Source of the DNA: a bacterium
GTDB taxonomy: Bacteria; Sysuimicrobiota; Sysuimicrobiia; Sysuimicrobiales; Humicultoraceae
Assembly (NCBI GenBank): GCA_041497675.1
Contig: JBGQGY010000032.1
Location: 1-30,270, forward strand
Direction of reading: 5' to 3'
DNA: 30,270 nt
The notes under the pieces were generated by a model. The model did not search any database and was not told the origin of the DNA. It saw only the letters and a list, made by a program, of their open reading frames with translations. Position numbers and translations under genes: made by a program. Shown piece by piece: positions 9,998-16,824 of the stretch. Numbering within the stretch: the first letter of the stretch is position 1; the number at the start of each line of letters is the position of its first letter.

Positions 9998-11068
9998 ATG
10001 GCTGTTCAGCTGAAAGAGGTCTTGCACGGGGAAGCCACGCCGGTTCGACTGGACGCGATCACCAAGCGCTTTGCCGCTACACTCGCGGTGGACAACGTGA
10101 CGCTTGAGATCCCAGCGGGCCGGCTGGTGACCCTGCTCGGACCGTCGGGCTGTGGCAAGACCACCACGTTGCGGATGATCGCCGGGCTGGAACAGCCGAC
10201 GTCCGGCCGCATCTTCATCGGCGATGAAGACGTCACACCGTTGCCGGCGGCCAACCGCAGCACGACGATGGTCTTTCAGTCGTACGCGTTGTTCCCCCAC
10301 CTGACCGTGTTCGAGAACACCGCCTACGGCTTGCGCGTGCTGCGCCGACCAGACGACGAGATCCGCCGACGCGTGGGCGAGGTTTTGGGGCTCGTCGGTC
10401 TGCCGGGTCTGGAGGGCCGCTGGCCCGGGCAGCTCTCGGGCGGGCAGCAGCAGCGCGTGGCGCTGGCGCGTGCCCTGATCATGCAGCCGCGGGTGCTGCT
10501 GTTTGACGAACCGCTGTCGAACCTCGACGCGAAACTCCGCAAGCGCGTACGCGCCGACATCCGGATGCTCCAACAGGACCTGGGGATCACCAGCGTCTAC
10601 GTCACGCACGACCAGTCCGAGGCGCTCGCGATCTCCGACATTGTCGTCGTGATGAATCAGGGTCGCATCGAACAGATCGGAACCCCGACCGATCTCTACC
10701 GCCGGCCGGCGTCGCACTTCGTTGCCGACTTCATCGGCGAGGCCAACCTGCTGCCTGCGCAGGTAGAGGATGGTGCCGTGCGCGTCGGCCCGTACCGGAT
10801 CCCGTACCGCCAGGCCGGCATCGGGCCGGGGCCGGCCACCCTCATGGCCCGACCCGAAGCGATCCGCGTCTTTTCCGACGGCGACGGACTGCCGGGTCGG
10901 ATTCGCAGCGCCTTCTTCATGGGCACCTACTGCGACTACATCGTCGAGACCGAGGCCGGCGAGGTGAGCGTCGCGGACAGCCAGAGCGTGGATGCGATGC
11001 TGCGCGTCGGCGTCACGGTCCGGCTGCAGTTCTCTTCCTCGGGGCTCTACCTGCTCCCGCCGCAGTAA
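9998..11068 (+). CDS. ABC transporter ATP-binding protein (AfuC/FbpC-like)
   Basis: GPSGCGKT, VFQSYALFPH, LSGGQQQR, LLFDEPLSNLDAKLR, VTHDQSEA. Confidence 0.95.
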   Translation: MAVQLKEVLHGEATPVRLDAITKRFAATLAVDNVTLEIPAGRLVTLLGPSGCGKTTTLRMIAGLEQPTSGRIFIGDEDVTPLPAANRSTTMVFQSYALFPHLTVFENTAYGLRVLRRPDDEIRRRVGEVLGLVGLPGLEGRWPGQLSGGQQQRVALARALIMQPRVLLFDEPLSNLDAKLRKRVRADIRMLQQDLGITSVYVTHDQSEALAISDIVVVMNQGRIEQIGTPTDLYRRPASHFVADFIGEANLLPAQVEDGAVRVGPYRIPYRQAGIGPGPATLMARPEAIRVFSDGDGLPGRIRSAFFMGTYCDYIVETEAGEVSVADSQSVDAMLRVGVTVRLQFSSSGLYLLPPQ

Positions 11069-11081
11069 GCATCAGTTGCCG

Positions 11082-11207
11082 ATGCCGGCGACCGACTCGC
11101 AGCACGCCGCGCGGTGCCCGGTGTGTCACCAGGTCTTGCGCCCCTTCACGCACGGCGTGGCCTGGTGGATCGAGGCGCTGGAGAGATCGGGGGGCGTGAG
11201 ACGGTGA
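11082..11207 (+). pseudogene. 41-aa ORF with a half zinc ribbon; probable remnant paralogous to the N-terminus of the downstream rhomboid
   Basis: MPATDSQHAARCPVCHQVLRPFTHGVAWW... aligns with QCPKCRLPMQPLTHGGVAL of the next gene. Its stop overlaps the rhomboid start (GTGA at 11204-11207). Confidence 0.45.
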
Positions 11208-12319
11208 GCACGCAGACGGCACGGCTGCAATGCCCGAAGTGTCGGCTCCCGATGCAGCCACTCACGCACGGCGGGGTGGCTCTTACCTACTGCCTGGAAT
11301 GTAAGGGTCTGTGGTTTGAAGGCGAAGAGGTGACGCGCGTCATCGGGGCCGAGGCGGGCCCGTTCCGCGAAAACCTCCAGGGTCCCGCGTCGCGGGCCAC
11401 GCCGCTGCCGTGCCCACGGCGGCACGGGAAGCTGCGGGAGGTGACGCTTGAACTGCCCGCGGACCGCACCGATGCCAGCGGGTGTCCCGAGTGTGGCGGG
11501 GTATGGATGGATCCGGACGACCTGAGGCGTCTTCGCCGCCACCTTCCCCAACCCGAGGTGGCGTCGGAGGAGCGGATCGACAGTCTGAATCTTCGGATCG
11601 ACGAGGCACAGCGCGAGGCGGACGAGGCGCGAATCACCCGGCGCCAACAGGACCTGCCTTCGATGCTTTTGCTCATGTCGGGACCGCTGGCTCCCATGGA
11701 GATCTATAGCCCGGTGCGCCGGCGGCCGATCGCCACGTACGCGCTGATTGCCGTGAACGTCATCGTGTTCGTCCTGCAGGCGATCTCGCCGGGACGCTTG
11801 TTCAATCTGGCCCTGGTGCCAAACAACTTCCTGCATGGGATCGAGCCATGGACGATCGTGACGGCGATGTTTTTGCACGGCGATCTGCTGCATTTGGTTG
11901 GGAATATGTACTTCCTGGCGATCTTCGGTGACAACGTCGAAGACCGGATGGGTGCGGCGGAATATCTTGGACTGTACTTTGTGGGGGGCATCGGGGCCGC
12001 GCTCGCCCACATGGCCAGCATGCCTGGCTCCGCCCAACCCATGCTCGGCGCGAGCGGCGCCATCTCGGCCGTCCTCGGAGCCTACGCGGTGCTCTTCCCG
12101 CACCGGAAGCTCTACATGAATCTCTTCATCATGATGCGCCGCGTGCCCGCAGTCTGGTATGTCGCGGTCTGGCTGGCGCTGCAGTTCTACTTTGTGTCGC
12201 AGGGGGCGCCCGGGGTCGCGTGGTGGGCCCACATCGGAGGCGTCGCCGTGGGTGTGGCGTTGGCGGCGGTCCACCGCGCGATTCGCGCGCACCGCCTGTT
12301 GGCGGCCCAGGGAGCGTAA
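11204..12319 (+). CDS. Rhomboid family intramembrane serine protease with two N-terminal zf-TFIIB-like zinc ribbons
   Basis: Likely GTG start at 11204. Ribbons: CPKC...CLECKGLWF and CPRRH...CPECGGVWMD. Rhomboid motifs: 'MFLHGDLLHLVGNM', 'GDNVEDRMG', catalytic 'GASG' and 'AHIGG'. Confidence 0.92.
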   Translation: MSTQTARLQCPKCRLPMQPLTHGGVALTYCLECKGLWFEGEEVTRVIGAEAGPFRENLQGPASRATPLPCPRRHGKLREVTLELPADRTDASGCPECGGVWMDPDDLRRLRRHLPQPEVASEERIDSLNLRIDEAQREADEARITRRQQDLPSMLLLMSGPLAPMEIYSPVRRRPIATYALIAVNVIVFVLQAISPGRLFNLALVPNNFLHGIEPWTIVTAMFLHGDLLHLVGNMYFLAIFGDNVEDRMGAAEYLGLYFVGGIGAALAHMASMPGSAQPMLGASGAISAVLGAYAVLFPHRKLYMNLFIMMRRVPAVWYVAVWLALQFYFVSQGAPGVAWWAHIGGVAVGVALAAVHRAIRAHRLLAAQGA

Positions 12320-12392
12320 TGGTCCGGCCGGGGAGGAACTCCCTCGCCGATCTCTGAAAGGGTGAGGCGATACGATCGTCTGAGGGGTGCCG

Positions 12393-13181
12393 ATGCCGCG
12401 TTTTGCCGCTAACCTGACCTTTCTTTGGACCGATCGTCCTTTCGTCTCTCGCTTCGATGCGGCGGCGCGCGCCGGGTTTGCGGCGGTAGAGTACATGTTT
12501 CCCTACGCGGAGGATCTCGATGCCGTCGCCGCGGAGCTGCGGCGGCTGAAGTTGCGCCAAACGCTGTTCAACCTGCCGGCGGGCGATTGGGCCGCGGGCG
12601 ACCGTGGGATCGCCGTCGCCCCCGGGCGCCGGGAGGAGTTTCGCAAGGGCGTCCGAGAGGGTATCGATGTGGCGCAGTTTCTCCATTGCCCGCGGGTCAA
12701 CTGCCTGGTCGGAAAACAGCTCGAGGACGTACCCCTCAAAGAGCAGTGGGCGTGCCTGGTCGATAACATCACGATGGCCGCGACGGCGTTCGAAGAGGTG
12801 GGTCTGGTGCTGCTCGTCGAGCCGATCAACACGATCGACGTGCCGGGGTTCTTCCTGCGCACGCCGTCAGAAGCGTTTCAATTGCAAGAAGCGGTTGGCG
12901 CGGCGAACCTCAAGGTGCAGTACGATGTCTACCACGCGCAGCGGATGGAGGGCAACCTGACCCACACCATCACGCGCAACATCGGCCGCATCGGTCACAT
13001 CCAGATCGCCGATGTGCCGGACCGCAACCAACCGGGCACCGGCGAGATCAACTACCCGTATCTGCTGCGTGCCATCGATCGAACCGACTACGCCGGTGAC
13101 GTCGGTCTCGAATACCGGCCCACCGGGGCGACGGACGAGTCGTTCGACTGGATCGAGGAAATGGGGTTCACCCGTGGCTGA
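12393..13181 (+). CDS. hyi: Hydroxypyruvate isomerase
   Basis: 'MPRFAANLTFLW', 'AVEYMFPY', 'LFNLPAGDWAAGDRGIA', 'VEPIN', 'YDVYHAQRMEG', 'HIQIADVPDRNQPGTGEINY', 'GLEY'. ATG at 12393 follows gagggg. Confidence 0.9.
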   Translation: MPRFAANLTFLWTDRPFVSRFDAAARAGFAAVEYMFPYAEDLDAVAAELRRLKLRQTLFNLPAGDWAAGDRGIAVAPGRREEFRKGVREGIDVAQFLHCPRVNCLVGKQLEDVPLKEQWACLVDNITMAATAFEEVGLVLLVEPINTIDVPGFFLRTPSEAFQLQEAVGAANLKVQYDVYHAQRMEGNLTHTITRNIGRIGHIQIADVPDRNQPGTGEINYPYLLRAIDRTDYAGDVGLEYRPTGATDESFDWIEEMGFTRG

Positions 13182-14061
13182 TCGAGTCGGATTCATCGGA
13201 CTGGGCATCATGGGGAAGCCCATGGCGCTCAACCTGCTTCGAGCGGGCTATGCGCTCGTCGTACACTCGCGATCGCGCGGTCCGGTCGCGGAGGTCACGG
13301 CCGCGGGCGCGGCGGACGGGGGCTCGGCCAAAGCCGTGGCCGAACGCGCCGACATCGTGATTACGATGCTGCCCGACTCGCCGGACGTGCGGCAGGTCGT
13401 CATGGGGCCTGGTGGCGTGCTCGAAGGGGTGCGTGCCGGACAGGTAATGGTCGACATGAGCACGATTTCGCCGCTGGTGTCCTCGGAGATCTCGGCGGCG
13501 TTGCAGGCGAAGGGAGTGGAGGCCCTCGATGCTCCGGTCAGCGGTGGGCAAAAAGGCGCGATCGACGCCGCACTGTCCATCATGGTCGGCGGCCCGCACG
13601 CCGTGTTCGAACGGGTGCGGCCGATCTTCCAGGCGATGGGAAAGAACATCGTGCACATCGGCGACGCGCCCGGCGCCGGGCAGGTCGCAAAAGCCTGCAA
13701 CCAGATTATCGTCGCGACGACGATCATGGCCGTCGCCGAGGCGCTGACGCTGGCGCGCAAGTCCGGGGTCGACGTGGCGAAGGTCCGCCAGGCGCTGCTG
13801 GGCGGTTTTGCGCAGAGCCGGATCCTCGACCAGCACGGACAGCGCATCCTGGATCGGAACTTTGCCCCCGGCTTCCGCATCACGCTGCACCGCAAGGATC
13901 TGGGCATCGCGCTCGACGCGGGCAAGGCCTACGGTGTGCCGCTCATGGTGACGGCTCTGGTGCACGAGGCGATGGACTCGATGATCGCCCAGGGACACGG
14001 TGACTTGGATCACTCGGCGCTCGCGCGATTCGTCGAGGCCTTGGCGGGCGCGAAGACGTAG
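13174..14061 (+). CDS. glxR: 2-hydroxy-3-oxopropionate (tartronate semialdehyde) reductase, GlxR/GarR family
   Basis: GTG start overlaps the hyi stop. 'GFIGLGIMGKPMA', 'ITMLPDSPDV', 'LDAPVSGG', 'GQVAKACNQIIVA', 'LLGGFAQSRIL', 'FAPGFRITLHRKDL'. Adjacent to hyi. Confidence 0.88.
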   Translation: MADRVGFIGLGIMGKPMALNLLRAGYALVVHSRSRGPVAEVTAAGAADGGSAKAVAERADIVITMLPDSPDVRQVVMGPGGVLEGVRAGQVMVDMSTISPLVSSEISAALQAKGVEALDAPVSGGQKGAIDAALSIMVGGPHAVFERVRPIFQAMGKNIVHIGDAPGAGQVAKACNQIIVATTIMAVAEALTLARKSGVDVAKVRQALLGGFAQSRILDQHGQRILDRNFAPGFRITLHRKDLGIALDAGKAYGVPLMVTALVHEAMDSMIAQGHGDLDHSALARFVEALAGAKT

Positions 14062-14892
14062 GTGGCGGGCGTGGGCGCCGGCGAACCGGACGAGCGCTCG
14101 AAGGAATTTCTGCTAGCCGAGTACCGCTATTTCACCGACTCGTTATGGCGGAATGAGGAGGGCGGCGAAAAGCGCGTCCAGTTCTTCATCACACTCGTCA
14201 CGGCAGTCCTCGCAGGGCTTGTGGCCCTCATAAGACCGCAGAGTGGCGAAGTCCGCGCCGAAGCCACCTACCCGATGGCGGCGGGTGCGCTGGCGGCGGT
14301 GCTTGTGATCGGGTACGTCACACTGAAACGGATGCGGCACCGCAACCGTGTGACCGACGACTACAAGCGCACGATCGACCTGATCCGGAGCCGCTTTCGG
14401 GATTGGGATATCAGCCTGGGGGAGTACCAGCCGCTCGGGACGGGGTGTCTTGCGCGCCTGCCCGTGCAAGCCTCCTACGAGAATCTGTTCACAGTGGGTC
14501 AGAAGGGCAGAGTGTCCCCGTCGCTTGTCGAGATGCTCCTGGAGCAAAACGTCACAGTATCCGGGACCGCCACAATCGAGCCACGTGGTCACGGGTGGGT
14601 GATCACCGACCGCGACCGCGAGCACGTCTACCTGGTGTGGCGAGAACAGGGACAGGTCAAGGTCTTCGATGGCGGCAACGTGCGCAGCGCCAAAACCGGC
14701 GGCCTCTTCGAAACGGTCGTCACCATCAACAGCCTGATTGCAACGGTCCTCGTCGTCGCAACGCTGTGGCGCGCGACGGTCGCCCGGGCGGAGGAGCTCA
14801 ACTGGCGGCTCAGTGTCGCGTATGTTGTTGCCGGGGGCCTCTCTTTTGTCGCTGTCAGAAAGTTTCAGATGTGGAAACTCGGAAGATCGTGA
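14062..14892 (+). CDS. Uncharacterised membrane protein (about 4 TM helices, with a soluble insert)
   Basis: Fills the gap exactly between the glxR stop and the CYTH start. Hydrophobic segments: FFITLVTAVLAGLVALI, MAAGALAAVLVIGYVTL, VVTINSLIATVLVVATLW, LSVAYVVAGGLSFVAV. Confidence 0.75.
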   Translation: MAGVGAGEPDERSKEFLLAEYRYFTDSLWRNEEGGEKRVQFFITLVTAVLAGLVALIRPQSGEVRAEATYPMAAGALAAVLVIGYVTLKRMRHRNRVTDDYKRTIDLIRSRFRDWDISLGEYQPLGTGCLARLPVQASYENLFTVGQKGRVSPSLVEMLLEQNVTVSGTATIEPRGHGWVITDRDREHVYLVWREQGQVKVFDGGNVRSAKTGGLFETVVTINSLIATVLVVATLWRATVARAEELNWRLSVAYVVAGGLSFVAVRKFQMWKLGRS

Positions 14893-15683
14893 TGCGGGCG
14901 GTGGGCCCGAGCGAACTCGAAGCCGCGCTGATCATCAGGTCTGACGCTCCTCGCCGGCTGGCGGAGCAGATTAGCGCGCTGACGTCGATCGCCGGGTACC
15001 GGCTGCACCACGAACCACCCCAGCCGATCCGCGATCTGTATTTCGATACCCGCGAGCGCGCTCTGGCCGCGAAGCGTGTCGCGCTGCGCGTAAGGACCAT
15101 CGGACAATTGCATCTCCTCACAGTCAAGGGGCCATCGCGGCGGACCGAGTGGGGAGCGGCAGAGCGTCTCGAATTGGAACAACCTTGGTCGGTCGAGGCG
15201 CTGGACAAGACAGTGGCAACACTGCGCCGGGCCGGTGTGACACTCCCGCGAGCCGCGAACCCGACGGCCGCCCCTATCGAAGTCCTGCGGGCACTGGGTC
15301 TCGACGTCGTCCAAGACCGCGAGACCCAACGCCAACCCCGCAGCGTGACACGACTGGATGACCCACACGGGACGGCGCTCGCCGAACTGGCGGTGGATGC
15401 GGTCGCGTATCGTTTTGAAACGAAGATCGTACGGATGTACGAGATCGAGATCGAGGCGAAGTCGGCGGGCGGCGCCTCAGCGGTCAGGGCGATCATGGAC
15501 CGCCTCGGGGCGCAGTTCGCGCCGACGCTGCAACCCTGGCCCTATGGGAAACTCGCAACGGGTCAAACCATCGAGCGCCTGCTGCGAGAAGGAGCGTTTG
15601 ATGGGTTGCTTGGCGCGGACCACACGCTGTCGCCCGCGGCGCTTGATCGGATTGAGGACGTCCTGATCCAAGAGGGCCCGTGA
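14892..15683 (+). CDS. CYTH domain (triphosphate tunnel metalloenzyme / class IV adenylate cyclase-like) protein
   Basis: ATG at 14892 in a TGATG overlap. Motifs 'ELEAAL', 'RDLYFDT', 'ALRVR', 'LTVKGP', 'RLELE', 'ELAVDAV', 'EIEIEAK', 'GKL'. Confidence 0.88.
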   Translation: MRAVGPSELEAALIIRSDAPRRLAEQISALTSIAGYRLHHEPPQPIRDLYFDTRERALAAKRVALRVRTIGQLHLLTVKGPSRRTEWGAAERLELEQPWSVEALDKTVATLRRAGVTLPRAANPTAAPIEVLRALGLDVVQDRETQRQPRSVTRLDDPHGTALAELAVDAVAYRFETKIVRMYEIEIEAKSAGGASAVRAIMDRLGAQFAPTLQPWPYGKLATGQTIERLLREGAFDGLLGADHTLSPAALDRIEDVLIQEGP

Positions 15684-15684
15684 G

Positions 15685-16824
15685 TTAGGGCGCGATCACT
15701 CTTGCGCGGAGACGAGCCAAGCGACTGCGTATCTCGCCATCCCACGCATTGGCGTTCGGCTCGTCACGCAGGAGCATCCATTCCACAATGCTGCTCGCTT
15801 CTCTGAGTGCGGCGACCGCCCGGTCCGGGTGTTTGATCCTCCGCTGATAGACTTTCGCCGTTTCGATCAGCGCCGCGACGCGCCATGCGCCGCGGCCGCC
15901 GACGTCGTGTTCCCACAGACGCAATAGTTCTTCCCACCGCGACGATCGACGAAAGATCCTGGCCAGTCGACGCGCAGTCCGCCACCGCACCCCCGGATCG
16001 TCTTCGACTGCAAGCGCCCGCCGCAACGCCGCTTCGGCCCCAGCCTCGTTGCACGCCGCCAGCCGCAGCACCCCGAGCCCTTCCCAATCAATCGGCGGCG
16101 GCGGGTCTTCGCCGTCCTCGATCCACCGGCGGGCACGCCGGCGCAGGTGGATGAGCGAGACGATGTCCGATCGATTGTGGGCAAAGATCGGTTCGATCAG
16201 GCCCCCATCACCCGAGCGCAGGTACTCGAGATACATCCCCGGGATCTCCGCGGAGTCGATGTCGTCGCCGCGCTCGATGCCCAGGGCCTGGCGTTCGATG
16301 ACCGACAGCCGGTAGGTGCCGAGCGGCCGGTACCAGAGGCGCCTGGCGATGCTCATCAGATCGTGATGCTCTTGCGGTGCCGCCAGCCGCATCCGGCTGA
16401 TGATGGCGCGCGCTTCGAGGATCGGCCAGTCAAACCGCCGGCCGTTGAACGTGACCAGCGCACCGGCCTCTTCAAGACGCTCGCGCACGGCTTCGAGCAT
16501 CGCCGGCTCGCCGGACAGGCGTCGCAGGAAGTATTGTTCGACGACCACCTCACGGTGCTCGATGTATGCCAGCCCGATGAGGAAGGGTGTCGTTCCCGTA
16601 CCTCCGGCCAGACCCGTGGTTTCCGTGTCGAGGAAGAGCGCGCCCTCGTCTGCCGCGTGCGGCCGCTCGCGGCCAAGGATCTCGCGCACGCTTCGGACGG
16701 TGCGGCGGATCTCGAATGCGACCCCGTCGCGTCCGGCATCGCCGCGGCCGCCAAATGGCCGCGCCCGGCCGATGACGTCCAGCGCGGCGAGCCTATCGCG
16801 CAGCGCCGGGTACGAGTCGGGCAT
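15685..16824 (-). CDS. mrfB: MrfB/YprB-like RNase H-fold DEDDh exonuclease with helical TPR-like C-terminus
   Basis: 'FLDTETTGLAGGTGT', 'TFNGRRFDWP', 'ALGIERGDDI', 'HNRSDIVSL'. Directly downstream of, and overlapping, the DUF1998 helicase. Confidence 0.85.
   Translation of the reverse strand: MPDSYPALRDRLAALDVIGRARPFGGRGDAGRDGVAFEIRRTVRSVREILGRERPHAADEGALFLDTETTGLAGGTGTTPFLIGLAYIEHREVVVEQYFLRRLSGEPAMLEAVRERLEEAGALVTFNGRRFDWPILEARAIISRMRLAAPQEHHDLMSIARRLWYRPLGTYRLSVIERQALGIERGDDIDSAEIPGMYLEYLRSGDGGLIEPIFAHNRSDIVSLIHLRRRARRWIEDGEDPPPPIDWEGLGVLRLAACNEAGAEAALRRALAVEDDPGVRWRTARRLARIFRRSSRWEELLRLWEHDVGGRGAWRVAALIETAKVYQRRIKHPDRAVAALREASSIVEWMLLRDEPNANAWDGEIRSRLARLRARVIAP

Noticed and set aside
5970..10560. 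Near-identical DNA stretches at about 5970-6080 and 10435-10545 (also about 20715-20810)
   Set aside because: These are the conserved ABC signature and Walker B coding segments of paralogous ATPases, not a repeat element.
8039..10717. 892-aa minus-strand ORF
   Set aside because: It is the antisense shadow of the permease and ATPase genes, expected from high-GC codon bias. It is Arg/His/Asp-rich with no domain motifs.
14403..14891. Long N-terminal extension of the CYTH ORF, suggesting a frameshifted TM-CYTH fusion
   Set aside because: The extension overlaps the TM gene in another frame and is low-complexity. The clean TGATG coupling at 14890-14894 explains the arrangement, and I see no slippery site.
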